Origin: Octopus vulgaris
Lineage: Eukaryota
NCBI GenBank assembly: GCA_951406725.2
Contig: OX597824.1
Coordinates: 66,464,001 to 66,528,000 of the forward strand
Length of the DNA: 64,000 nucleotides
Reading direction: 5' to 3'
Below the pieces are notes generated by a model. The model was not told where the DNA came from, ran no database searches, and saw nothing but the letters and a program-made list of their open reading frames with translations. This document shows, one piece after another, positions 23,953 through 39,412 of the stretch; the stretch's first letter is position 1; each line of letters begins with the position of its first letter. The translations under genes and the position numbers were made by a program.

Positions 23953-26900
23953 ACAGTTCACTCTGTTGTGTGATTAGGGTTAGGAAGGGTATCTAGTCAT
24001 AAAAACCATGCCAAAATAGACACAGAAGCCTAGTGCAATCTTCTGCCAGTCCAGCTTCTGTCAAACTGTCCAGCATGGAAGATGGACATTAAACGATGAT
24101 GATGATGATGATATATATATTACAACAGGCTGCCACACAGTTTCCCCTCTATCAAGTCCATTCACAAGGCTTTGGTTGTCCCAGAGCTGTAGCAGAAGAC
24201 ACTTGCTTTAGGTGCCATGCAGTGGGACTGAACCCAGAATCATGCAGTTGGGAAGCAAACTTTTTACTACAAAGTAGTGCTTGCAGCTATGCAAATTCTC
24301 CCAGTGCTAGCACGAAAGAAAAGAGGTAAAACAGATGGAATGCAACAACAAAAGAAATGCAAGCAAATAAATGAAACATTTAATAAGTTACAGGCTTGTT
24401 CTGTGCATGGGCAACAACAATAAATGAATAAAAATATAAAAAAAAAGCAGCACAATCACTGCAGAAAATTCATCAACCACTGCCAACTGTTTACTTTACT
24501 CAGCACATATTTAGAGATGGCCAACTTTTTGGTAAATACCTCTCTGTCTCTCATAATAATTGGCTTCATCTTATCATTCCTGCTTTATTATTAGCTTAAA
24601 TGTGTTAGTCAAAGGAGGCAGCATATACATGTGCCCACTTGTAGCAGCATTTGCATTGATACAGGTTAAACATCCTAGGAAGGAGGGAGAAATGGAGACT
24701 GAGGAGGGAGGAGAGAGTTTATTATAATCTACACTTAAATTTAATCCACTGTTAAAGTACATGGTTTTGTTGGCAAAACCTTTAATGCATAGTCTTGTAA
24801 GTCAATCTGACTTCAGGGTCTTATGTTCAGTCCCATTACATAGCACCATGGGCAAGTGTCTTCTACTATAGCTTTGAGGTGACCAAAGTTTAGTGAATAG
24901 ATTTGGTAGACAAAAACTGAAAGAAGCTCATTTGTGCATGTGTATGAGCACATGTGTTTGAGTGTGTGTGTGCGCGATCATTATCATCCTCGTCATCATC
25001 ATTTAACATCCGTTGTCCATGTTGGCACAGGTTGGGCAGTTTGACCAGGGCTGGTAAGCTGGAACGCTGCACCAGACTCTAATCTGATTTGGCATGGTTT
25101 TCTATGGCTGGATGCCCTTCCTAATGCCAGCCACTCTGAAAGCGTAATGAGTGCTTTTATGTACCACCGGCATGGGTGCCATTTGCATGACATCAGTGTC
25201 TGCCATGACTGCAATTTTGCTCAGCTTGATGGGTCTTCTCAAGCTCGTCATAATGCCAAAGGTCTCAGTCATTGCCTCTGTGAGGCCCAATGCTTGAAAG
25301 GAACTAAAGTCACTGTACCTCCACGAGGCCCAACACTCGAAAGGAACTCATCCACTTTGCCTCTGTGAAGCCCAATGCTTGAAAGGTGTATGTTTATATA
25401 TATAAATATATATATATCGTTTATCTTTTACTTATTTCAGTTGACTGTGGCCATGTTGGAGCACTGCTTTGAAGAGTTTTAGTCGAGCACATTGACCCCT
25501 AGGACTTATCTTTTTAAGCTTAGCAAACCTAGTACTTATTCTATCAGTCTATCAAGCATTAGTGGGAAACAAACACTGACACAAAGACACACACATAGAT
25601 ACATTTATATATATTTATATATATATATATATATACATACACACACACACATATATATATAAATATACAGGGGTTGGACAAAATAATGGAAACACCTGGC
25701 ATCATAGCATCATAATTTTGAAATATTTATAAAACCCTCAAAAGCTTGTTTATTTTATGTTTTTTGATTTACTATTAGTGTTGCTTTATATTTTTTTGCT
25801 AAAATTGCTGTTTCTTTTCAGATATCATCAGAAAAAGGTAATTAAAATTCATTAAAATGACAGATCTATTGGACTTTCAAAGAGGTCAAATTGTTGGTGC
25901 TCGTATGGCAAGCGCTAGCGTAACAAAAACAGCTGAAATGTTTGGTGTATCGAGAAGTACTGTCTTGAAAGTAATGGCAGCCTTTGAGAAAGAGGGAAAA
26001 ACTTCCTTGTTGAAATAAAACTGGAAGAAAACCAAAACTTTCAGATAGGCTGTTGAACTCTTATGTGAATTGTTAGAAAGGATCACAAAAGCACAGCTCC
26101 CAAAATTACTGCAGAGCTTAATGACTACCTCAAGAACCCAGTTTCCACAAAAACTGTTTGCTTGGAGTTGCACAAAGCTGGATTTTATGGGAGGGCTGCA
26201 ACCAGAAAACCACTACTTTAAAAAACAAATGTTGCAAAGCATTTAGTAAAAACCTACAGAATTGGTCCCTAGAGCAGTGGAAGAATGTTATTTTCTTGGA
26301 CGAGTCATCCTTTACCCTATTTTCAATCATCAGCTGAGTACACATGTGGAGACAACCAAAAGAAACATCTGCTCCAGACTGCCTTCTTCCAACTTAAACA
26401 TGGAGGAGGATTTGTGATGATTGGGGGCTATATCTTGGAAATCCGCTGGCCCAATGGTTTCCTTTCATGGCAGAATTAATAGTCAAAACTATTTAAGCAT
26501 TATATCTGATCAAATTCATCCTATGGTTGTGGAACTGTTTCCAGAGGGAAACACAATCTTTCAGGATGATAATGCACCAATTCACACAGTTAAAGTTGTT
26601 ACTGAATGGCATGAGGAACATTCTAGTGAAGTTGAACATCATATCTGGCCACCATAGTCCCCAGATCTCAATATCACTGAACATTTATGGAGCATTTTAG
26701 AAAAACAAGTAAGGAGTCGATATCCTCCACCATCATCACTAAAAGGACTGGAGACTGTTTTAGCTGAAGAATGGACAAAATTTCCTTTGGAAACAATTCA
26801 AACTTTGTACGAGTCCATACCTCATAGAATTCAAGCTGTAATTACTGCCGAAGGCGGTCCTACCCCATATTAAAATAAATTTGTTTGAAATTTTAAGGTG

Positions 26901-28260
26901 TTTCCATTATTTTGTCCAAGCCCTGTATATATGACAAGCTTCTTTCAGTATCTATCTATCAAACCCACTCACAAGGCTTTGGTCAGATTTTTTTTTCTGA
27001 GACAGTATTTTATGACTGGAAGCCTTTCTTGTTACCATCCCTTTTAGTTACTTCTTACAAGAAGGGATGCACTGTACCTATTCTAAAACTAAGATACACA
27101 CGGATAAAACTGTTATAAACTTATGTCTACTTTTCCATGTTGTTACAAGTTAAATGGTTTTCTGAGGCAATAACTTACCATCCAATACCTTTCCTATGAC
27201 CAATCCATCTCAGGTGTTGTGATACACAATATAGCTTGGATAAATTATGCATAAAACAAAAAGAAAAAAGAGAAAACAAATACCCAGGTGGCTGTGTGAT
27301 TAAAATGCTTATTTTTCAATCATATGGTTTTGAGTTCAGTTTCACTGTGCACCTCCTTGGGCAAATATCTCTTACTATAGCCCTAGGCCAAATAAAGTGA
27401 GTGAATTTGGTAGACAGAAACTGTGCTGAAGACTGTCATATACAGGGTGGCCCAAATGTAGGTTTACAGTTATTCAACTATCTCTTTTGCATTCAGATAT
27501 TAAAAGTTTAGATCTTAGTTATAAAAAATATGAAAGCATTATTCTATGCTAATTTAGTTAACTGTAAAATAGAAATAAAATGTAATAAAATGTTTTAAAA
27601 GAAACTGATCGAAGAAGTACCAGGCTTAAAAAAAAAAGTTAAAAAATAAGTACTTGGGTCAATCTGTTTGACCAAGCCCTTCAAAGCAGTGTCCCAGCAT
27701 GACCACAGTCCAATGATAGAAACAAGTAAAAGATATAAGTAGTTACAACTGGAATAGTGATGACCATAGACCCACTTGACCAACAAAATAACAACAACAA
27801 CAACAACTACAAAGCTATCTTTGCTATCTCCCCACTCACTTCATCATTCTCCCACATTCCCACCGTTTTCACAGATTTTGTCAGCTTTGTTCTTTAAAGC
27901 AGAAACTGGTGTGTTGTAGATATTTGCAATACATTAACCTTTTATAGCTTGACACATAAAGTTTACTGATGATGAAGATGAAGATAACAATGAGGATGTT
28001 GATGATGATGATGATGATGATGATGAAGACCTGGATGGAAGAGAAGTCAGTGAAGATGATGTTGATGGTAGAGATATTGAAGAAGATGGTGGTGGTGATG
28101 ATGATGATGATGTTGTAGGCAGTAATTTTGGATTATGATGATGGAGATAATGATGATAATGAACAGGGAAGGTATTGGTGATGAGGAAAAAAAATGATGA
28201 TGATGATGTTGAGAGTAGCAGGAGTGCTAATGGAAAATGTTTTGATGATGGATGATGATT

Positions 28261-28294
<34 letters not shown>

Positions 28295-30184
28295 CACTGA
28301 ATACTTTTACCGACCATTGCATCACAGAAGTTAACAGTTAAAACATGGCAGATCTAAAGAGCAGAATGTACTGGTTAGTTGCTCCTAAAAATCTGATCGG
28401 TTGTCATAAACAATAGTTCAGCCTGAGAAGAAATTAGTGCAGACTGAAACAGCAATGGCAACAGCAGCAACAATAACAATTATAATACAATGCCCCAACA
28501 ATGGAACATATACAAGGTCAATAGGCTTCATAGAAATAACAGCCAAGTCTTCCACAAATCATACCTTGTCTTATAAAATGGAAGAACACGATAGATAATG
28601 TGGCTCTGGTTATAATTTGTCTGAAAAAAAACCCAGAGTAGCCATGAATGGTAACATTTTTTATTATAGTTCTCTAAACAAAAGGAGGAAGATTAAAAGA
28701 GAGTGTGAAAGAAAGTGAGTGTGTATGTGTGATGTTATTAGCTCCATGTCAATCTTAATTAAGCAGATCTTAATTACAAGTCTTCTAGTCATGACCCTGT
28801 CTCTAATTACGTTAATATACCCTTCCTTTTTTAATTTTATTTGGCAGGGTATGACTTGAGTGTCATTTAACCAGTATTTCTAGCAGGTTGTGCAATCACA
28901 TAGAGCATCCCTCATTGGCTTATGTGTATGTGTGTATACCTACATGTGTATGTGTATGTAGTTATGTCTATATAAGAAGGTGCAAGCAGCTTTTTAAGAG
29001 GAAAGTCCATGTATGGTGTTCCTTAACTTGTGCATGTGGAAGCATAAGAATGTGTGTGTGTGTGTGTGTGTGAGTGAATGTGTGTGCACATGCAAAGAAA
29101 AATGAAGTACCTACATTGGGGCATCAGCAACCTGTGGGATCAGATCTTCATCAGGTTGATCTTCTAGCTCTGGAATGGCAGCCACATCTGTAGAGTGCAA
29201 GCAGACACAAATATTTTTAGTGAGGGAGGCAGCAAAACATTTTTAAACAACAGAATCAGTCTAATGCAACTCTTAAGTGAAATACAACAATTCAAATAAT
29301 AATAATATTAATCCTTTCTGCTAAATGCACAAGACCTGAAGTTCCAGGGGAGGTGGGTAAGTTGATTACATTGACCCCAATGTTTCATTGATACTTAATT
29401 TATCGACTCCAGAAGGATGAAAAGCAAAGTCAACCTTCCTGGAATTTGAATTCAGAACATAAGGATGGGTGAAATTCCGCTATGCATTTTGCCTGGCATG
29501 CTAATGATTCTGCCAGCTTGCCACCTTTTACTTTTACTTGTTTCAGTAATTTGATTGTGGCCATGCTGGAGCACTGCCTTTAGTCGAGCAAATCGACCCC
29601 AGGACTTATTCTTTGGAAGCCTAGTACTTATTCTATTGGTTTCTTTTGCTGAACCGCTATGTTACAGGGACGTAAACACACCAGCATCGGTTGTCAAGCG
29701 ATGTTGAGGGGACAAACACAGACACACAAACATATACACACACACACACAGACACACACACACACATATATATATATATACATATATACGACGGGCTTCT
29801 TTCAGTTTCTGTCTACCAAATCCACTCACAAGGCTTTGGTCGGCCTGAGGCTATAGTAGAAGACTCTTGCCCAAGGTGCCATGCAGTGGAAATGAACCTG
29901 GAACCATGTGGTTGGTAAGCAAGCTACTTACCACACAGCCACTCCTAATAATAATAATAATAATAATAATGATGATGATGATGATGATGATGATTTCAAA
30001 TTTTGGCACAGGGCCAGTAATTTCGAGGGAGAGGTTAAATTGATTACATGGATCCCAGTCCTCAACTGGTATTTTTTTATCGACCCTGAAAGGATGAAAG
30101 GCAAAGTTGAATTTGAACTCAGAAAGTGAAGACAAAAGAAATGCTGCTAAGCATTTTGCCTGGTATGCTAAGGATTCTGCCACC

Positions 30185-30246
<62 letters not shown>

Positions 30247-32822
30247 TCTTTCTACTATTGGCACAAGGCTTGAAGTTTTTGGGGAAGGGACTAGTTGATT
30301 ACATCAACCCCAGTGCTTAACTGGTACTTCATTTATTGACCTAAAAGGATGAAAGGCATAGTGGAATTTGAACTCAATGTAAAGAGGAAATACTGCTAAG
30401 CATTTTGCCTGGCATTCTAACAATTCTGCCAGCTCACCACCTTAGGGTCAGGTAATAATATATATAGTGGAGGCAATGTATGTGTTTGCATCATTGCCCA
30501 GCTTTGCATAGATAACTTCTTAGCCCATTTCTGAGTGCAACTATCCACCTTTCTTGTATCCTCGTCCCAATTTCTATAAACTTAAGGGTCTAGCCTAAAC
30601 CAAATGCCAAATTTCTTACAAGATGATGAACAAGTGAGAACTTCTGAATGGTTGCTCAACATGCAAGAAATAGTAGCCAAATCTTCGAATCACATCTTAT
30701 CAACTAAAAACAAAAGGACACATTGTGTAATGTTATCTTAGATACTCTGTCAAAATAAAAGACAGGCTGGATGTTGTTGGAATGTCTTTGATCGTAAGCC
30801 TGCTTTGCTTGATCAGATATGACCTGCAGCCAAACGGCAGTAAAAACAATGGCAAAGATGATGATGATGATGATGATGATGATGATCATCATCATCATCA
30901 TCATGAAGAGGAGGAGGAGGAGGATGATAGTGCTGGTGATGATTTCTTTTGATTAAGAACAAAGCTTATTCTAGAAATTGGGACAAGGTTACAAGAAAAG
31001 TGGATAGTTACACTCAGAAATGGGCTGAGGAAGTTATCCCTGAAAAGCTGGGCAATGATGCAAACACATCAGTGTATTACTTTAGTGAGTAATGTATAAA
31101 GGTGTGAAGTACTGGTGGACCTGAGCCTGCAATGCTAATTCAATTCACTTTTGTACAGAGGTTCCTTTGTTGGCTTGTTTTGTTTATGAGTATAGCATGT
31201 TATTGTTGTTTAACCTCAGGTCAACACTAACTGTGCAAACTTGTGATCAATGGCAGTCCAACCCTACCATCCAATCCCATCTTTGTTTTTTAGTGGTATG
31301 CAGAACAATATAACCTGACTTTATTTCTTATAAGAAGACAGGACACATCAGGGCATTAAAATATATCCTCTCCTCTTACAAGATCACAGAACATGAGTCA
31401 AGGAAAATCTGGATGCTACTAATTGTAGCAGATTGCATGACTACTGAGAGACTTCCTCATTGGTTCACTCAATGTAGATGTAGAACTAAATATAGACATT
31501 CCATTTAAATGAAAACAGTAGGAGGGATTTGTTGGGGAAGATCTGAGTGGTTATTTGAATAGGTCAAACAACTACACGCACCTACACACACACACACAGA
31601 AATCTCTTGCTGGTGATGATGACGGCAATGATGATGCTGACATATTTTAAGTAATTAATATTTCAAGTTTATCCTGGAAATGAAGATGATAAGAAACCAA
31701 GTGTGGTGGACAAGGAATAAAACTGGCCAATATTGCAAATGTTAAACTGTGGTGGGGCTTAATATGGCAACACGTTTGGAATGTGAATGTAAGGCAAAAG
31801 ATTAGTCTTAGTCTGGCTACTTCATAATTAAATCATCAATGCACAATCAGCTTAGCTTTGCCTTTATCCCCTTCTTTCTTTCTTTCTCTCTCTCTCTTCT
31901 TTCTTTTAAGAGATTATTTTTCCCATTACAAATTGTGAGGCCCTCCTAGAATGGCAGTGGGGAGATGAGAAAGTTGAGAGAGGAGGGAAGCTGATGTGTA
32001 TGTGTGTGTGTGTGTGTGTTTGAATGAACTAGAGATGGAATAAAGCAGGCATACCCCACTCTCCCTACACATTAAATTATGAGATGTAGAGACCCTGACT
32101 GAAGTCATGATTGAAAAAGAAATGAAACATTAAGAAAAAAATACAAGGAGTATGTCAAAAAGATATTGAAACATAACTAACTGGAAGGGACATCATAAAG
32201 AGATCAATATTGAAATATGTGTGTACTGGTTGGGACATGAGTGTGCTGGACAAAATGCCTTGTAATATCTATTCTAGTTTCTTATATTCAAAGATTCTGA
32301 TATACAAATTCAGAGGATCATGTTTGTAGAAGCTAGTTTGACTCATGGGATGCCTTGATTTCATCTTGCCAAAATTAGGAAGTGAGTTGATCTTAAGAAT
32401 GGACTGATAACTAGGTCTATTCTACACATGACAACAGTTGTTCAGTATAACTTCACATGTCAGTGGTGCAAGGATACTGAACTGAACAAGAGCACAGAGG
32501 ATGATTTCATTGTTCTCTTCCACACCACTGTCATATCTGGTCCACTGCACTACAGTTCATGCAGAGTTCTGATGCAAGTTTTATAGTGCCAACACAGACT
32601 GGAAGTTCTTGTTGTAGAACAGCTTTTCTTGCATCAATTCTGAACAGGTGTAGCTGTGTAGTAAGAAGTTTGCTTCTCAAACACATGGTTCTGGGTTGAG
32701 TCCCATTGTGTGACATCTTGGGCAAGTATCTTCCACTATAGCCTCAAGCCAACAAAGTCTTGTGAGCAGATTTGGAAGACAGAAACTGGAAAAAGCCTGT
32801 TGTACATACACACACACACGTG

Positions 32823-32880
<58 letters not shown>

Positions 32881-35800
32881 TGCATATATATATATATATC
32901 ATCATCATCATCATCATTGTTGTTTAACGTCTGCTTTCCATGTTGGCATAGGTTTGATGCTTTGACTGAGGGCTGGCAAGCCAGAAGGCTGCACCAGGAT
33001 CCAATCTGATCTGGCAAAGTTTCTACAGCTGTATGCCCTTCCAAATGTCAATCACTCTGAGAGTGTAGTGGGTGCTTTTTATGTGCTACCGGCATGAGGG
33101 CCAATCAGGTGGTACTCGCACTGAATGGTGCTTTTTACGTGCCACTGGCATGAGAGCCAGTCAGGCAACACTGGTATTGACCATGCTTGAATGGTGCTTT
33201 TTATGTGCCACCAGCATGGGTGCCAGTTAGGCGGTACTGGCATTAGCTATAGCAATGACTTCACATGACTCAACAGGTTTTCGCAAGCACAGTTTATTAC
33301 CCAATGATTGAAGGGTACTCTTAAATGGGCCAGTTATGCTGCACTGGCATAGGCCACAGTTACAGTTTCACTTGGCTTGTCAGGTCTTCTCAAGCGCAGC
33401 ATATCTCCAAACGTCTCAGTCACTTATCATCGCCTCCATGAGGCTCAACATTCGACGGTATTGCTTCACTACCTCATACCAAGTCTTCCTGAGTCTACCT
33501 CCTCCACAGGTTCCCTCTATTGCTAGAGTGTGACACTTTCTCACACTGATGTCCTCATCCATATGCAACACATGACCATACCAGCACAGTCATCCCTCTT
33601 GCACACCACATCTGATGCTTCTTATGTCCAACTTTTCTATCAGGGCACTTACACTCTGTCATGTATGCACACTGACATTACACATCCAGCGGAGCATACT
33701 AGCTTCATTTCTTGCAAGCTTACGCATGTGCTCAGCAGTCATGTTCTGATACCATGTAGCTTGGCTATTCAAACAAATGCGTCATACAGTCAATCTTTCA
33801 CTCTGAGCGAGAGGCCCTTTGTCACCAGCAGAGGTAAGAGCTCTCTGAACTTTGCCCAGGCTATTCTTATTCTAGCAGCTACACTCTCAGAGCATCCACC
33901 TCTGCTACTGACTTGGTCACCTAGGTAACAGAAGCTATCAACTACTTCTAGTTTTTCTTCCTGGCATGTGATGGAAGCTGTTTTCTGCACATTTTCAGTG
34001 TTTATTGCCCCTGAGTATTTGCCACACACAAAAAGCTATCTTCCCAGTTAGCCTTCCTTTGATATTGCTGCACCTCTTGTGTCCATTGATGCACCGAGTA
34101 CATCTTATGGAGTTTCTACCTATGTCTTTTCTACAGATTGAGCAGGGCCATCTACCTGAAGGGATTTGTGATTTGTCTGCCTTCCTACTTATTAAGACTT
34201 TGGTTTTTGCTAGATTGACTCTAAGGCCCTTTGATTCTAGACCTTGCTTCCACACCTGAAACTTTTCTAGTTCTGATAGTGACTCAGCTATTAGAGCAAG
34301 GTCATCAGCATAGGGAAGCTCCTAGAGGCATCCTGTTTTGAATTCCTCTGTTATTGCCTGCAAGAATATAATGAATAAAAAGGGTTCAGGACTTATCCTT
34401 GGTGGACCCCTAACCCTACCTTGAATTCTTTACTATACTTGTTGCCAACCCTCACCTTACTGACAGCATCCCTGTACATGGCTTATACAGTTCTCACTAA
34501 CAACTCATCTATCCCTAGTTTCTGCATTGACCACCAGATAGGGCATTGGGAGACCCTGTCAAAGGCTTTCTCCATGTCAATGTAAGCCAGGTACAGAGGT
34601 TTGTCTTTGGCTAGGTATTTTTCCTGCAGCTGTCTTACCAGAAATGCAGCATCAGTGGTGCTTTTCCCTGGCGCAAACCCAAACTGCATCTCATCTAAAC
34701 TAACTCTCTTTTTAATTAGTTGGGCTATGACCCTCTCCATGACTTTCATTACCTGATCCAACAACATGATATCTCTGTAATTATTCATATCTAATGCATC
34801 ACCATTATCTTTGTAGCAGTTGACTATGGTGCTGCTACACCAGTCATTGAGTATTACTCCTTAATGTATCACCTGATTGACTATATGGATGACTAGACTA
34901 TATATATATACATTCAAAATTTTCAGATCTAACCAAACTCAGCTATGAAATGGTCTACTGTTATCCATCATCCTACAACCCTTTTTTGCACAGCATCCAT
35001 CATTAATTTGTTTTACATATCCATATTAATGTAACCATTTTTCTCATTTTGGTAAGGTCATCGTTTTCATGATAATGTTGCTATCTCTTTAATAGCAGAG
35101 TGGTCATCTCACTCATATCAGCCAGGTTATCTTTTTCATATCAATGTGGTTGCTTTCGCCATGCTAGAGTGGCCATTGTTTCTCTTATTTATATGGTGAT
35201 CTTTCTCACGCCATTTGACCATCTCTCTCTCATACGAGTGTAGCAGTCTTTCACCCAACAATATGATCATCTCTCTCATACTAACCAATGTGGTCACTCT
35301 TCTCATACTTGCATGCAGTTCTCCCATACCAATGTCACCATCTCTTTTGCAAGCATCTAACAATGACTTTGAAACTCAAACTATTCTCAAGACTTATATT
35401 AAATCTGTTCGAAAACATGCCTGAATATATCAATATAATGGTTACTAACCAGAATCAGATTCCTCTTCTTCTAAGATGTTCTTAGGACGCAATCTTTCAC
35501 TAAAAAATATGGGAAAAAAGAAAAGCATTTATAATGAATTATAAAAATATGTCAACTGAATGGACAGATGCAACATGTAGATGTTGACTAGATAAATGCT
35601 GTGTAGATGCTGACTAGGTAGACACAGTGAGTGGATATTAACAGGATAGCCAAGAACAACATATTGAATGAAGAGAAGGACAATGTAGTGAAGTTAAACA
35701 ATGTGTAAATAGAAGAAGGAAAACTAAATATAAAAGCATAATATTCGGTATTGACTAGATAGCCAAATTCTATGAATGTTGGTAGGATAGATACCATCAA

Positions 35801-38800
35801 TGGACTTTGAATGGTTATAAGTAGAGTGAATAAATGACTGAACAGGAAGGCACAATGTCAATCTCTGGTTGTTGACATAATACTATGTATATTTTGACTG
35901 AATGGAAAAACAATTCATAGATGTTTATTAGTCATAATAGATAGATACTATTTTCAAATTTTGTCACAAGGCCAGTAATTTTGTGACTGGGAGTAAGTCA
36001 ATGACACTAACCCTACTGCTCAACTGGTACTTATTTTACCAAGCCCAAAATGATGAAAGGCAATATTAATCTCTGCAGGATTGTAACTCAGAATGTAAAT
36101 AAGATACAGATATTGACTAGAAAAACATAGCATGTACATACACTGATGATAGAGATACCTGCTCATGATTTTACAAAACACTGTCTATTGCATTGTGGTG
36201 ACAAACTTATATTATGTTTTTATATTTGGTTTGCAAGATTCTTGATTTGAACTCAGGTCTCATGTATTGTGACAGATTTTGTGGTATTTAGGGCCACTAT
36301 GCCAACGATAAACATGTGCACTAGTTCTGCTTCACTCCTTTTATTGCAATCAGTCAACAGCTGTGACTGTGTGGTTAAGAAGTTTGCTTTGCAACCATGA
36401 GGATTTAGGTTCAGTTCCACTGTGTGGCACTTTGGGCAAGTATCTTCTACTTTAACCCTGAGAAGACCAGTGCCTTGTGAGTAAATTTGGTGAAGGAAAA
36501 ATGTGGCAACTCATTGCATATATATTGTGGCATTGACCAGACTATTGGATGTTGTTTTACATTGCTAGTCACAATGCGCTTTGCACTGTTTTAGTTTTCA
36601 AATGATGCCACCTCGCTGGCTAGGTGTACAGGCCAATATTCCCCCTGAACAGAATGCTAGTCCATTGTAGGGTTATTCATTTACAGCTGAGCAGACAGGG
36701 ACAACATGAAATGAAGTGTTTTGTTCAAAAACCCAATGCACAGCCAGTCTGAGAATCGAAACCACCATCTCATGATCATGAATGCAACACCCTAACTACT
36801 AAGCCACATACCTTCACATATACCGGGTGTGATGGGTAAATTGTTGCCATTTTATATTTTTAATTTTGAGCATTTTTTTGTTTTTGATTTTGTTGACTAA
36901 ACAGTATAGTAGGGTCAGTTGGGCATCGTCTGTGAGAAAAACAGCACCATGACACAATTCATTCTTCCAGAAATTTGGAAACAACATGCTGTACTGCTTG
37001 GCATTTGCAATGGAATCTCTAATGTGAACGTTTCAGAGTATTTGGGTGTCAATCTAAGGACAGTGCAGAGGATTCAGAAAGAGTTGGATAAGTCTAATGG
37101 TGATTTTGAAGGTACGGCAGCTTAGAAAACTCACTCTGGTTGCTCTGATAAAAAAAGCTCCTGAATTTGTTGGTGAGATCCAAGCCATGATTGACAACAA
37201 TCTCTCCAAGTCCATCACCATGGACATAGGAGTGTTTGAGTTTCTTATCAGGCAGATATTTGGTATTCTGCATACAAGATGAGAAAGGGCCAATTTTTAT
37301 CCCAAGCCATCAAGGACAAGAGGAAAGACTGTGCTACAAAGCTTTTGAACAAACTCAAGCATTCCATCCAACTGAACATGCTTTGGTTTTTCTCAGATGA
37401 GAAACATTTCTGCCAGGATCAGATGGTGAACAAACAGAACAACCATTGGCTTGCCATGTCCCCAAAACATGTACCAAGATGTTTGAAAATCAAACATCAA
37501 GTCAATATCATGGTATTTGGAGTAATTACTAGTGATGGTGACATTATGCCTCCATTCATCTTCCCACATGGCCTCAGACTCAACACAGATGCCTACATCA
37601 AGTGCCTGAAGGAGGTAATGTTGCCCTGGTTTGAAAGATCAGATCTTGCTCATATATTTCATTTTAGTATGATTTCAATGGTGTGATGCCTTTCCTAACA
37701 CCAACCACTCTAGATAGTGTACTGGGTACATTTTAACAGCACTAGAAAGAGAATGTCTTGTACTTCTCTGAAAGACTAAAGAGTCCTCTCTACTTTATGT
37801 GCCTCTACTCATTTGCAGCAAGCATGACTGAGAGTGTGAACTGAAAAAAGACTGATGTCCAAGAGGGTGAAAGAAGAGAGCATTTGAATTTGAATGTTAT
37901 AGGGGTAGGATAGAAAGTGAGAGTGATAGATAAGAAGAGAATGAAGGAGAGACAGAGATAAGCAGCTATATGTGGGTTGTTGATAAGGAAACTGAATAGA
38001 AAGTTTGCATGAGCAGTAAAGATGAGTGATGGTATGAGAGAGCATGAATGATAGCTAGTAATAAAGATGAGTGATAGTAAGAGAAAATGATGGACATCGA
38101 TGAAGCGTGACAGGGATGAGAGAGAAGGATAACTAGCAATAATGGTGGATGATGGTAGGGGTGATAAATATGAACAGACTAAAGGTCATCACCCCTTAGA
38201 TGAGTGCTTGGTGGAAGAGAGAAAGAGTGATAAAGGGTGATGGTGAGGGATGGACAAATCAAGAGCTATCTTTCAATATGCAAGTGGTGTGGTACAGTGA
38301 ATAGGAGACTGAATGAGTTATAGATTGAAGTGGGAAGTAGATGGAGTCTTAATGTAAATATAATGGCTTCTGTCACCACCTCCATTTTAATGATTGAGAA
38401 AATAACATGCATTCTTACATACATATGTACATACATACATTACACACTCACACACACAAAGTGGAGGCTGGTTGGTCAGAGATGGAAAGTGAAAGGAAGA
38501 TGAAGGATGTTGGAGATAGAAAGTGGAAACTTTGATTCAGATTGTTTCTTTGTTCAAAAAACAATGACCTTTCAGTGTACATGTGTGTGTGTGTGTATGT
38601 GTGTGTGTGCACGCACACACATGCATGTGTGTGTCTGTGCATATTATCATAGATAATAAAAAATTGGCATCAGGAAGGGCGTCCTTCCATAAAATATTGT
38701 CTCAAAATGTTCAGTCCAGCCCTTGTTAACTTGGAAAAGCAGATGTAAAGCCAATGAAGATGATGATGATTTATTTATGTAATTATGTGTATGTACCTAA

Positions 38801-39365
38801 GTTCTTTGTAAGAATATTAATAATCTGAGAACAACAGATGAAAGAAACAAGACAAACTTTTAACAACAACATGAAAAACATCTGCGTTGAATTACTGATT
38901 TTTTTTTTACACTTAATCAATGGTGATGATGGCAATGATAATAATAAGTTATATAATAATAATTATATAATGATAGAAATGATAATAATATTAATAACAA
39001 CAACAATTTTTTATTTGCCAAAAAGGAAAATGAAACATTTATTATTGCTTTTTTTTTTATCCCCCATCTCTGTTTATGATTAAAAAAAATATAGCTAATT
39101 CAATGTTACTCTTTCTCCCAAAAAATGGCAAGGAGTTAGATAGGTGATGCAGTACTAAAAAAAATTATACTGTAACAAAAAAAAAAAACCCAGAAGAAAA
39201 AACAATAAACCAGAATGCTTGGAGTTGAAGGAGAAAGAACAGAGAAGTTACAGAATAGCAAAGATGAGGAAAATGAAAGGAAATGCAGAGAAAGATAGAG
39301 AGTGAGGGGTGATATAAAAAAAAAATTTAAAAAAAGACACTCCTATAAAAAATATAGAAAGAAAA

Positions 39366-39412
<47 letters not shown>

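Noticed and set aside
27934-28317. 127-aa His/Ser-rich ORF
   Set aside because: It is a translation of a (GAT)n low-complexity tract.
29851-30264. Poly-Ile ORF and the many HTHT/CVCV/YIYI ORFs
   Set aside because: These are microsatellite and SINE translations; the recurring peptide DGLLSVSVYQIHSQGFG is SINE family A, not a gene family.
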